A stretch of DNA of 60,476 nucleotides, the filler included, from Globobulimina sp. (taxonomy: Eukaryota), in NCBI GenBank assembly GCA_003354225.1. It is 13 parts of 13 records of this genome, joined end to end, with 100 filler letters (N's around TTAATTAATTAA, not from the genome) between each part and the next. Parts side by side here need not be neighbours in the genome. Positions count along the whole stretch, not along the records: positions 23,321 to 27,881 come from PIVH01001117.1; positions 27,982 to 32,542 come from PIVH01001118.1; positions 32,643 to 37,200 come from PIVH01001119.1; positions 37,301 to 41,856 come from PIVH01001120.1; 9 more parts are not named here. The stretch is one strand, 5' to 3'. This document shows positions 24,329 through 37,301 of the stretch, piece after piece. The first letter of the stretch is position 1. Each line of letters starts with the position of its first letter. Position numbers and translations under genes: made by a program. Below the pieces are notes generated by a model. That model was given only the letters and a program-made list of their open reading frames with translations, searched no databases and had not been told where the DNA came from.

Positions 24329-26496
24329 ATGTCTGCAATCACAGAGTCATTTGAGGATATTCTTAAACCATTCAACGGCCGTAGAGGCAGGAATTCCAAT
24401 GCTAGCTGGCAATATTTCGTTAGATATCAACGGAATTTTTATACAAACACAGAGAAAACAACAATTCTCCGCACTGCCATTGTTAGTGAATGCAAAAAAT
24501 GCAACACTAAAAGAAGTGGAGATATCCCGACATTATGCAATCATATATTACATTGTGAACAGCTCAAAAATGATCAATTTGCTCTCCATTTCGCAGCGAA
24601 ACAAATCAAAGAAATTCAAGCTCGCAGAGGCAAAAAAAGAAGACGTATTGAATTAGGCACTGAAAATGCAGAACAAGCTGATTTCACTGCGAATTTACCT
24701 GCCATGAATGCTTATAATAATCATAACCATAATCATAATAATAATCACAACCACAACCACAACCATAACAACACATCGCAGCAACCAATGAATTTAGATA
24801 TGAACATTGAAAACGGTTATGACTCTCCAACCACGTTTCCACAAAGAATATCATCTGTACAATCCAAAAAAATTGATAAGTTAATTGAAAAATGGATTGT
24901 ATATAACAACCATGAGTTTGATATTGTTGAAGAGAAGGAATTTAAAGAAATATTTAAATATTTATGTCCGGGATATTGCGTACCTGGACGCAGTGTGACT
25001 GGCGGGAATTTATTGGATGAGTTATATATTGACACAAAGAAAAAAGTTGAAAATGTTGGTGTTAATATTTGTATATATGTTTTCGTTAATATTATATATG
25101 TTTTTGATTATATAGGTAGTTAAAAAGGGAGATGAAACTGAATGGGCAATTTGTTATGACGGAAGCAGTGATCGATGTAAACAACCAATTGTTATGACAA
25201 CAATAGCAAACCCATATCCGTTATGTATAGACGTTTCTGGTCATGAAGGTCGTGCATTCTATGGTAGCACACAGCATTTAGAAAAAATAAATAATATTAA
25301 GAAAGAATTGAAGAAATTGAATAATCAATTCAAAGATATTGCTTTGGTTACGGATAACGAAAATACAATGAGTTCCCTGCGAAATAAATATGCAGAAACA
25401 ACTGGCGCTGCGAAACCAGGTTGTGCAAGCCATGGACTTCAGATTTCATTGGGTGCATATTTTCGAATGGATGAACACAAATCAACATTAAAAAAGGTTG
25501 ATAGTGTACAAACAGCCGTGAAAAATGATAAAATACGGCAAAAACTTCAATTAGATTTGAGTGGAGAGTCTGAAAAAAGAATTGGCATTGCAGATCCTGG
25601 TAAAACCCGATGGGATTCTAGATATGATCAATTAAAGCAGCAAACAATTTTGCGAGCAAGTTTACAAAGTGCCACAACCGATGAAGATTGGAAAGGGTAT
25701 ATCTCCCCTGAAAACACTGCAATTATTAGAGACTGGACGCATTGGGATAATGTTTCTAATATGAAAAAAGACGTTAATGAGTATCATATTATAAACAAGC
25801 GATTTCAAGGTTTGTTTTCAAACTTTGTGTTTTTTCTATAGCTAAAAATGAATAAATAATTCCACAGAAAATACTTCCATCTCAACAGTGTATTATAATT
25901 GGACATTATTACTTGAATATTTTGGTTATTATAAATCCACAAAAACTCAGAAAGAAAGAAATATAATAAATCATTTATTAGCTGCATGGCATAAAATTTA
26001 TGATGATATTCATTTTATGAGTTTTATGTTAGATATAAGATATGTAAATTGTAAAAAATTTATTGAAAATGATTCTGTTGATAGTTTTTTATTGTTAATG
26101 AAACACAAAATAAGTAATGCTGCAACATATCAACAATTTGAAACAGAATTTTTCAAATTTAAACAAACGCGGTCGTCATATAAAAACGGTACAATCGGTG
26201 CAGGTTTCGAGGGATCGACGCTAATTTTAAACACTCCAAACAGTCCTTGGGAATTTAATAAAACATATTGGGATAATTTGGTTTGTAGATTTGGTGATAA
26301 CAATGCCGGTATTCAATTAATTGGAAAATGGGCCACGAGACTTTGTAAAATCCCAACTGGGATTGAATGTGTTGAGAAAGGATTTAATCCAATTAAACAA
26401 ATCCACAGAGCTCAACGTGCATCCATTGGCCATAAAAAATTATGCAAATTAATATATATTGTAAATAATAATCACATGTTAAAGAAATTTGTTTAA
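24329..26496 (+). mobile_element. hAT-superfamily DNA transposase (BED finger, DDE, C-terminal dimerisation); introns ~25055-25115 and 25810-25867
   Basis: BED W..F...CKKC...H...C; YCVPGR; first D in CYDGSSD; second D in VTDNE; CASH; TRWDS; E in CVEKGF. Splicing yields one open frame. Confidence 0.88.
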
Positions 26497-27414
26497 TGTT
26501 TTAGTATTGCTTTACAATTTTCGATTATTTCTATTTTTTTATAGTGATTCTTTCTATTTGCTTTCATTATTTTATCTTTCACTTTGTACTTTTACATTTC
26601 ATTTTATATTTTACTTTCTTTATTTTATTTATTCTCAATGTATCTATATTCAAAATATATTTAAATTAATGTAGATTTTAATTAAGATTAAACAGTTTTT
26701 GTAGCTTTTTACTTCAATGTTAACATCACCTTCATGGTCGCTGACAACTGGTGGATAAACGCTATGTTACATCTGTATGTACATAGCAACAGCATGAATG
26801 TAAAGCATTGGTACTATATAGTATGGACGCAACAGCAAAACAATGATACATAGTATGGACGCAATGGGTTTAATATATGGGAATACACAAAGTGATATTT
26901 CAACAAACACAACGTCGACACTAAATTATCGATAATGAGAATCTGCAAAATTAGCAACTCAACGCACACAACAAACGGATCAAAAACCACTGAATATCAG
27001 TGTTTTGTAACGCAATTTAACAGCGAATTCAGCTTAGAATGCCACTGCAAATATATATCTTTGCGAAGAACGCGCTGCTTTTGCTCCAATGTGAAATGCC
27101 GCAACGAAATATTAATTTTGCCATTCCACAACATTGAGCTCAATCCGTTCGAAAATAATTATTATGAGCAGAATGCAGTGCAGAATGTGCATGGAAATGA
27201 GGCTATTGATACTGTTGAGTGGCGGAGGATTTTGAGGAGAACAGCAGTGGCGGTTCAACTATACGGATATGGACAGAGAGTGATGGAGTGGATACTGATA
27301 ATGAACGCATTATGGTCACTGCATACAGTTTTTTTATGCGTATTATTGTGTTTACGTGTAATTGTTGTAAGTTGTGCTTACATTTGTGTTATATTTGTTT
27401 TTTGTTTTTAGAAA

Positions 27415-27620
27415 TTAGAAAAAGCTTTGAAAATTATTTGAAAATTGTTTGAAAAGGATTTGAAAATGGTTAGAATTTGAAATTAGTTTGAGAATGTTTG
27501 AAAATTGTTTGAAAATGTTAGAAAATGTTAGAATTTGAAAATACCATAAACAAAAACAAAGTTTTGAAAACGCGTTGAAAAAGGTTTGAAAATGTAAGAA
27601 AATGTAATAATTTGAAAACG
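27415..27620. repeat. Degenerate TTTGAAAA/TTAGAAAA short tandem repeat tract
   Basis: More than 10 copies of TT(T/A)GAAAA-like words. Confidence 0.7.
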
Positions 27621-27626
27621 CTGCAG

Positions 27627-27808
27627 CTTTGGAAGAGGTTGACGGTGAATGTTTAATATCTTTCAATGAGAATGATTTGGACCGTCTCGGTATCACAGGA
27701 TTTAAGGATAAAAAGAAGGTGCTTTTATACATTAAAAAGTTAACGGAACAGTCTTATATTCAATATTATAATGATGAGGGAAACGAAAATAAAACGGATA
27801 TGATATAA
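27627..27808 (+). CDS. C-terminal half of a SAM domain (terminal exon or gene fragment), missed by the ORF track
   Basis: LEEVDGECLISFNENDLDRLGITGFKDKKKVLLYIKKL...stop at 27806-27808 matches the SAM pattern E-I-DG..L..L...DL..LGI; preceded by CTGCAG. Confidence 0.65.
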
Positions 27809-27981
27809 CTTTATACTAAGATTGCTTTTTTGTGCTTTGTGTTGTATCTGTTTATTGCACAGAAAAAAAAGGTTATATGGANNNNNNNNNNNNNNNNNNN
27901 NNNNNNNNNNNNNNNNNNNNNNNNNTTAATTAATTAANNNNNNNNNNNNNNNNNNNNNNNNNNNNNNNNNNNNNNNNNNNN

Positions 27982-30900
27982 CAGCCATTTATTTTTAAGT
28001 ATGATATATTGATTGTATAGTTTATAATGATGGATATGGGGTAATTTGGACCATTTATGCATATGCGAGATGTTGCCACATCTCAAGAGTTTATAATAAA
28101 ACACAAGTTTTAAGGAAACCCAACGTTCATAGGGTGTTGGGATACCGGCCCAAAGATACAGCTGATTTGGGACAAAATGCTTTATATTGGTTTGTTTTTT
28201 GATTGTGTGTAATTGTTTTTCTGTTGCTTCTTGTAATTTGATTTTATCACAGTCTAAAACTTGTGCAAATATCTCAGTATATACCAAATAGAATGTTTTA
28301 AGGATTCGGATTTTGTCATCCAGTGAGATAAACTTGTGGTTAAAGTCAAGGTTTGCTAAAATGTAAGCTTTATCATCAAGTTTTTTTAGGAACCTTCGGT
28401 TGGTGTATTGGGTCGACACCAAGTTGGTGTTGTCATAGCTGCACAACATTGCTCCTAAGTATCGTATGAATGTTGTGCAGTGTAGTCGCTTGCCATAGAG
28501 GGTGATTTTTATGTGCATGACGGACGGTGCGTAGGTGCGATCAAAGCGTACGTTCTCCCACATTATGGCATATGGTTTATCTGTGATGGTATCATAATAT
28601 TTGGAGTGTTTGAGGAAGAGGGATAGGAACCGTGGGGGGATTTCATTTGTTTTATAAGTCTGTATTTGATTATTTATATTGATGCCGAGGATGTTATTGT
28701 TAACCGGCTTTTGTATTAGTAACATTGGCGCCGGTATCATCATATTAGTATTCATCATCATATTATATTCATTTTGTATCAATATTCTATCATCAAAACT
28801 GTAGTCATTTATGTTGTTTTTATTGATGGAGTCGTCGTTGTATATGATTGAGCTGCATTTTTTGTGATTAAATGTGTATTTCCAGCGTTCACTGTGCCTT
28901 TCACAGACTTTTATTAAATGGCGCAGATCTGAGATTTTATTGGCGGTCAAAATGATATCATCCGCGTAGAGAACGCACGCGATTTTTTCATTGGGATCTG
29001 GCGAATGGGCGCCTTTGTTCGTGGCCTGTAGTTCCGTGACTAAGTCATTTAGAAAAGCAGCATAGAGCACGGGCGACAATACAGACCCTTGCAACACGCC
29101 ATTATGTAGAAGGAATTTATTAGTGATGAACGGGATATCTCGTATTGCTGACTGGGAGTTATTGTATATCGCTTTTAGGATTTTGCAGAGATTTGGAGGA
29201 ATATTGAACTCATTATGCAATTTATAGAACAGGCCTTTGCGCCAAACTGTGTCAAAAGCCTTTCGAATGTCTAGTAAGGTGCAGTATAATGGGACTTTCC
29301 GCATTATAGCTGTTTCTGCGATTATATTTAGGGCGCCTATCTGTTCGGGGACGCCGCGTTTAGATCTGTTGCCGCCTTGGAGTATGTGCAAATTTTTACG
29401 AAACTTGTGAGATATGTTCATTTCCCACAGGATTAATCTTTCATATGTTTTGAAAATAATAGGTAAGAGTGTTATGGGTCGATATTGATTTGGTGTGTTG
29501 CCATTGGGGGTTTTTAGGATTGGGATGATGGAACCGAGTCGAAATTCATACGGGATATGGTACGTATTATTCCATACATTAAATAGGATGGATAACAGTT
29601 CGTTTATTTTGTCGGAGTTGGTTTTTAGATGTACAGCTTTTATGCCATCATAACCGGGGGCGCTGTTTTGGTTGGCATACCGCAGGGCCATTTCAACAGA
29701 GTTATATTTGTTTGGGGGTTTATTCTGTGTGTCTGCCATGGCCTGTTTCTCCTCATCTTCCTGTAAAGAGGTCCTTTCTGGCAGGTATCCAGGTGTTTGT
29801 TGCTGTATGTCTGCAATGACAATGTCATCATCAGAGTCATCGTTGGATATGCTCTGCGTTTCAAGGTTATGTAATTCATTTATTATTGGTTGTGTGGCAG
29901 GAACGAAGTGGGGGTCATAGTGAGGAACGAAGGGGTTCTCAGAGTCATTGGGGAGGTTTAGGTGATCAGAGAGAGTGCTAATTGGTTCTAATGGGGGTGG
30001 CAGTGTACTTTGAGGGGCGCTATCTGCCTCCTCTGGGATGTTTGGAATGAAAGTAATTAGGTTTGGTATCGCAGTGTCAAGGCTCTCATTGAATTCATTT
30101 ATTTCATTTATCTTATTGTTGGTGGTAGGATCTGGGATGGGGCCGTTTATTTTTTCAAAGAATTGTGACAATGCAACATTTTTGTCCATTATACTATCAT
30201 TATATTGTAAATATGGTTCGTCGACTACAAAGGTAGTGTTATTATTGTGGCGTTTGAAGGTTTTAAGTTTCTGTGAATGATCCAAATTATCAAAGCGCAG
30301 CGTGTTACGGGTCAGTAGGTCTTGTTTGTTTTGAACAAATTCATTCTCTGCATCAATTATTAGCTGTTTGGCCTCCGCCGAATGTGTGTTATTAGTATTC
30401 ATTAGTATGCGTTGTTTTATGTTGATTGATATTTGTTTTTGTGTGACGTTCGACCAATTGTCCATTGCGTTGAAGTCCGTGACTCCGAAAGCTTTGATGG
30501 ACGCAAGATGTAATATGTAAATTGCTGTTATTGAGGTTATGCGGGATATGTATTTTAGGCGAGCGACATTAGTATAGTTATCTGTGTTTGTCGCGAATTT
30601 TTGGAGATGTATTATTTTGCTTTCAAGTATTTTATGGTGTATGCGCATTAACTCTTTGTTAGGTTCGTGGTTACGAAGAATGAAGTGCTTATTTATTATT
30701 TTGGTGGTACATTTGGTGTTGTTCAGGGAGAATATGACAGGGCGATGGTCCATAAATATCGGGTGTGTATCCACCTTCATCGTCTGTATTGAGTTGAGAT
30801 TCTCCGTAATCACGTAATCAATTATTGAGCCACCACTGTTGTTTGCTCCTTTTGCTAAACAGGTGAGGAAGTTTGGAGCAAATTGGGGGTTTGCTATTTT

Positions 30901-32541
30901 CATATTGGTGGTGTCCAGCAGTTTCTTCATGTATTTGTAATGTGAGTTGGTGTTATGGTCCATTGTCAGCGCACCCATTCGGGCATTAAAGTCGCCGATG
31001 ACATATATATTATTACAATGGGATTTGTATTTATTTATATCATTTGTCAACATTTGATAGAATTTGGCGCTACGTGCAGCGTTATCGGATTTATAAGTGC
31101 GCGTATAATTTATTGCAATGTAGGTTGGTTTTGTTTGGCCAGGGCTGGAGATGGATATCCATACAGTGTTATGCCCTCTGGTTTTGTTGATGAGTTTGAT
31201 TTTGTTTCTCAGCGTGGATTTATGGTAAATCAATATTCCTCCTACGTTTTTAGGATTGTTTGTGGTGACTGGGGACTTATGGACAGTCAAACGGTAACCT
31301 GGCAAATTCCAATTCGGTCTGCTCACACACCGGGTGTCTATTAGACAGATTATATCCAATTTGTGGTGTATTATCATTTGCTGCATGTATGGGTGTAACT
31401 GGTTTATTTTTGTTTTAGCTTTACCATTGATATTAAGAAAGCCAATTTTTATGTTCTTTATTATGACTTTTGTTGCTGTGATTGGTTCAATGTTCGGGGC
31501 ATATATTTGCATGAATGGGTATTTTAGAACAATCTGCGGGATATCTGCGACAGTATGTTCATCATTATTTATGTGCTGTTGTATGACTTTGTGGGTTAAA
31601 TTATTTTTGTATTTACGCAAATTATGATTTTGAGTGTGCACTTTATTTATTGCATGTTTATACATATGATTCAAGGATATTATTGCATTGTTTTTACTAT
31701 TATTTATCCAGCTATTTCTATGTAAGGAGTATAGTTTTATATTAATATGTGGATTTGTGGATTGCCAGTGATTTTTTATGCGTTTGGCAGGAATATTGGT
31801 GGGAATGAACCACTTTATGTGGTATTTGCTATATTTGACTGATTGTTGGAGGACTGGCGTGTTCACCACATATTCATTTTTGATTATAAAGTTATATAAT
31901 CGAAGGATGTTACTGGGACTTTTATTGAATGCATGCAACTGTTCGTACCCAGTCTGCTCAACCGTTTCTTTGATATATGGTATCTTTTTAAAGCGGAGTT
32001 TGATATTATATGGGAAAGCGTTTTTTATATAATACTTTATTGGATGGTAACGGTGCTGCGGCATTCTCAGTGTTATCCATCTTAGTGACTTGTCCATAAT
32101 TATTTTAATGTGTCGATAGAATTTCCGCAGTCTGTATTGGTGTTTCTCTATAAATTTGTACAAAATGTGTGTGTGTTCGTGTAGTTTGGTGCTGACCATA
32201 TAACCTGAATTGCAACTTTTAGCAAGTGGGTGTTTAAAGTGATTAAAGTAGTTATGAATTGAAAAACTCGTTTTTTTTGTTATGTTGTATGTATTTGATT
32301 GTTTGATGTATGTATTTCTGTGTAAAAGTGGGTCAACACGGTGACTCACTTTTACATTATCAAATTGGGTCAACACGGATGTAATATTAAAATTAATTGA
32401 ATTAGGTACAATATCAAAGGTAGCGAATGAAAAGAGGGGCTCATTCACCACGTTGTAAATATAGGTACCATCATTCACATATGATGAGAGTCGAAAAAAA
32501 GGAAGGGAACCCACACACAGCAGTAATAGTAGAAAAGTAAA
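27982..32541 (-). mobile_element. Non-LTR retrotransposon (LINE) ORF: N-terminal extension + APE endonuclease + reverse transcriptase; truncated at both ends
   Basis: APE motifs FLNING, GDFNAR, SIIDYV and DHRPV; RT motifs SAPGYDGI, YRPITLL, LDIRKAFDTV, GVLQGSVLSP, LYADDI and RYLG. Frame open across the entire contig. Confidence 0.95.
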
Positions 32542-32644
32542 CNNNNNNNNNNNNNNNNNNNNNNNNNNNNNNNNNNNNNNNNNNNNTTAATTAATTAANN
32601 NNNNNNNNNNNNNNNNNNNNNNNNNNNNNNNNNNNNNNNNNNCA

Positions 32645-35600
32645 AAAAAAAGTACATTCAACGACACTTACTTTCATGACTTAGATACTGTCGTCAGTGA
32701 AGGGGGCTGCATATTCCATAATTGTTTATTTGAGAGATTAAAATATGGTACGAGTGATAACGCAGACTGCAGTGGATCGGCAGACTGGAGTGACATAGAG
32801 ATATATGGCAGTGACATCAATGGAAATGGTCCCACTTTTAATGGCACAGAATATTGTATCGTAGCCTATACCTATGGTAATATAACATTAATCAATAATA
32901 CAATTACAGATTGTGATAATGCTATTTATTTCTGTTTCGCATGGCATGGCGAGATATTGTATAATACCATCTCCAACAGCAACTTAGCAGTTCGTATTAT
33001 TCGTATTAATAATTATATTTACCATCCGCTCACAATGCAATACAATAATTTTGTGAATAATGTAATGAATATTGAGTCACTAGACGGCGAGAGTTGTCCC
33101 GACTGTAATTATAATTATTTTGGTGGCATTACACAGGCTCAAATTGGCGCAAAAATAAAAGATGTTTGTGATGGTTACTGGATAGGTGTGTATATAGTAT
33201 ATGCAAGTGTACAAACAATACACTTTTATTATATTCGTCAGGATTGGTAACATTTTGGCCATGGTACACGAGCATGATCACTGACGCATCAAACCTACCC
33301 TCACAAGACACAATCACCACCTTAGAGTGTACAGACAATGCCTCGCATCCCGAGATTACAGGGAATAGATTGAGTGCAGTGTATCTTTCGGGCACCACCA
33401 CAGTGTTGGATTTAGCAAATACACCGTTTTATGTGACCAATGATGTTGTGGTATACGAAGGCGCCACTGTCAATGTTGAAAATGGTGTAGAAATTATATT
33501 CGTTGGCGACTATGACTTGATTGTGAAAGGGAGTATAAACGTTGGTTGCTATAATTTGGACACATCTGCGTCAAATCAAAGAGGGTTAGCCAACCCAGCA
33601 ACGTATGCTCATATTCATAGCCTTGACAATGACCACAGTGGGATTATTATATTCGATTCAAATGCCGAGGGTGGACAATTTTGTAATGTTTTATTTGAGT
33701 CAATCCATAGAGTGAATGGAAAGTCGTGGGTTCAAATATCCGGAGGCGCATATTCATTTCCAGTGGCACGTGGATTATCGTTTGATAATTGTGAATTTAC
33801 ACAGTTAAATGCGGACGTAAATGGTGATTATTTTAATGACTCTTACTTTCATAATTTACGATATGTTACCAGCGGTGAGGGTATATTTGATAATTGTTTG
33901 TTTGAACAGTTTCAATGGTTCCTGAGTAGTCCACTAGACCCACTCGGTGATCGTCCTTCAAATTTTGAAATGTATAACAGTTTGATTATTGGTAACGGAT
34001 CACAGAATTGTTTGTCTATAAACGATCATGTTAAAATACAAAATAATAACATCACCAATTGTGGCACTGCCATATTTATGCACAGTTCACAAAATGCTGA
34101 CATCAGATATAATGACATCTCTAATGCGGACATTGGTGTAGATTTCAGTATTAACGACCCTGGCTATAATATGTCACTGTAATGTACAATAATTTCCTAA
34201 GCACAGCCACCAATATTGCTTTGTCTGGCGTTGTTGACTGTAAATATTGTAATTTTAATTATTTTGGTACATCATCAATGGAGCAAACAGTCATCGGAGC
34301 AACAATCAATGACATGTGTGACGGCTTTTCCACTGCGATTGTAAGATGGTTTCCATATTACATAAACCCATTAGATTTTAGCAATATCGAAGCGCAAACA
34401 AGTGTAACCTTGGGCGCCAATGACACGTTTATTTGTACCGGTCATGATAACTATCCTGGCCTCGCCGGCTCTAAGTTCAATGTGGTGTACTTGCCAGGCA
34501 CCACCACCACGCTGAGAACAGCTGACTCTCCATATTATGTAGTCTCCGATGTCGTGATACAAGAAGGCGCCGTCATTAATATACAGCAGGAACTTGAGAT
34601 CATATTTGTCGATGATTTTAACTTTGAGGTGAGAGGTACCCTCAATATGGGATGTTTTCCAAACCAATGTGACACAGCCGGGACTGCTGTGCAATATGGG
34701 ATATATTGTAATAACAAAATACATGTCTACACTCAAAATAGTTCATTGGATATTGGTAGTTTTAGGTATACTCGAGACACAGACACACATCTCTCGTTTT
34801 GTAATGCATTATTTGAAGACATCCATTACATCGCATGGGCCACAGGTTCAGGTTCTACGACTACAAATACGATATTATTCGATAATTGCGAGTTCTCAAA
34901 TGTTGACCGCGTTGGTGGAGGTAATCATGTATATACAGATTGTAAATTTTATAATTTTGATTGGATTCTTTTGGATTTGTATGACGGTGCTACCTTTGAT
35001 AATTGCAGATTTGAGTCGTTTACACAAAGTGTAAGTTCGCCCTATATATATTTTGGTTTGTCCAATTTGAATTTATATAATAGTGAAATTATTGGTGATG
35101 GAACACAGCAATGTTTAACATTGAGTGACAACAATCATTTGGAAAATAATACCTTTGAAAATTGTAATATTTCGATAAAGTTTGAAGGCGCGTATGGCCC
35201 AATCAATTATAACACTTTTAGTAATAACAACATTGCTGTGTGGGTTTATGGTTTTGATTACTACCCTTATAACTTACTCGAAATCCAATACAACAATTTT
35301 CTGACCAATACTATTAATATTCAATCACAAGATTATGGTACCAAAAATTGCTCACATTGTAATTATAATTATTTTGATATATCAGCGATGACAAATAATA
35401 ACGTCTCCGCTATCAGCTCAACAATGCACGACGAGTGTGATCAATTTAGTGCATCATTGGTTATATTTTGGCCATGGTTGGATGAGCCATACATTGGTGG
35501 CACTCGAAACGCTGAAGATTTACACATATTTACCTTTGATTTTACAGATTGTGCATCGATAAACAGTGGCATGAGTTATATCATCACAGATGGACCCACA

Positions 35601-36872
35601 TTCGATCCCACTGTAGACCCAACAGTAGTTCCCACATTAGATCCAACAACATATAATCCAACAATTGCTCCAACACAAAACCCAACATTGAGACCAATTA
35701 TCAAAGCAACAGAAGACGCTGCATCGGTGTCAGATTTGATTCAAAGCTGGGATTTTGTCGGCTATTGCATCATTGTATTTTTGTTCATTTTGCCTATCAT
35801 ATTTATATGTTTTGGCCTCTGTTTTCATTCGCGAAAGAAAGGGAGTGATAGCCCAAACTATGTCGGGGTACTTTCCTGTTTTGCAAACATTGCCGATGTG
35901 TATACAGACACCATATTTTGTATTGCGTTGTTTTTGCGAGGGTCTGGTTGGTGGATTTACGCAGCGATATTCACTGCGATTCCGCATATTTTATCCAATA
36001 TTATCGGACTGTATACAGTGCATAAATGGCGAAAACAAAGAGTTGTTTATGTGGGCAAATATGACAATTTGATCATTGGTTTGACTCTGTTGGCAGGCTT
36101 CAAGCCCGCAGTCGAGTTTCTGTCCTCGAAATTGTTCTATTTAAACACGACATCATTGCAGTTGACACAGACACAAATGGCGAATGTGAAGAAATATAGA
36201 TTTTTTACAAATGTATTGTTAGAAAATGGTCCATTGATGTTTATACAAATAATGACGATATTGGAGGAATCAAATAATGCCTCGGTTACGCAAAGTATTG
36301 AGCCCATCACAGCATTGGCGTTTACGATGAGTTTATTGTCATTGATCGTGGGTATATTGACATTAATATCGCGCACTTGTGGCGATAGAGCAGAGAGAAA
36401 AGCAAAGACGGAGCAGAATCATAGATTGTATAGAATTGATATTAAAGCGGCACAGTTGAGAAAACATCATAGGTTTATTCATAGCATATTTGCTAAAGCA
36501 CTGTCGCATTGTTTGCAAATTGAGATTGGCAGAATTGAGACCATCTCAATCATCCCAATTGTTGAAGGCAGCCGTATCGTGGTAGATATTGCGTTGCGTG
36601 GCGATAAACATCGGATTGATGAGATGTTAAGGGATATATCGAGTGATTCTGCAAATGAAACGAAAGAGGATTTTAAAATTGAGTTATGTCGAAAGTTGAA
36701 AGTAAAATCATTGCAGGAGTTGAGAGTGACTATATCGGAGATGGATGATGATGACGATGTAGAGGTGAAGGGCGATTTGGAGACTCAAATTGAGCTGAAT
36801 GCAGTGCACAGCGACACTGCTCAAAATGTAGAAATGGTGGAGGAAACACAAGGACAATATCAATATCAGTAA
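32645..36872 (+). CDS. Large cell-surface protein: tandem ~350-aa PbH1 beta-helix repeats, PT-rich stalk, multi-TM C-terminus; intron 33186-33241; frameshift near 34170-34182
   Basis: Repeated blocks PFYV..DV.V.EGA...I..G.EIIF, FCN.LFE.I, FDNCEF and YNNF...C..CNYNYF...D.CD...FWPW. PTxxPT repeats precede the TM helices. 5'-truncated. Confidence 0.8.
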
Positions 36873-37301
36873 TTAGTACCTGTACCACATAAAAGTGACT
36901 TTTTCTTTTTTTAATTATTAAATAATTTTGTACAGTATTTTTTTTAGTTTACATCACTTAAGGGGTTGTTCTTATTGCGCAATATTTTGGACCTAGGACC
37001 TAGGTATCCTTAATTGCAATAAATTGCAATAACTGAGACTTGTCTGTGATCCATATTGTTGTGCTAAATAAGCTTGCGTTAAAAGCCCACAACTCAGGTC
37101 TAAATTGCCCTTTTACTGCTTTTGGAAGGAAAATAGGTTAAAAATGTAATGTTAAAAGAGCCGCCCATCTAGTGAATTGATTGGATTCTTAGTGAACATT
37201 NNNNNNNNNNNNNNNNNNNNNNNNNNNNNNNNNNNNNNNNNNNNTTAATTAATTAANNNNNNNNNNNNNNNNNNNNNNNNNNNNNNNNNNNNNNNNNNNN
37301 C

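Noticed and set aside
26816..26865. ATAGTATGGACGCAA present twice, about 30 bp apart
   Set aside because: Only two copies; a simple local duplication with no supporting structure.
26935..27452. ORFs of 158 and 77 aa downstream of the transposase
   Set aside because: No recognisable domain or convincing splice model; left unannotated.
32500..32541. LLLLLCVG at the LINE ORF 5' edge as a 2A-like peptide
   Set aside because: It lacks the required D-x-E-x-NPGP motif.
34180..34184. Alternative genetic code (TAA read-through)
   Set aside because: The downstream homologous sequence is in a different frame, and TAA, TAG and TGA all terminate genes normally elsewhere in the window.
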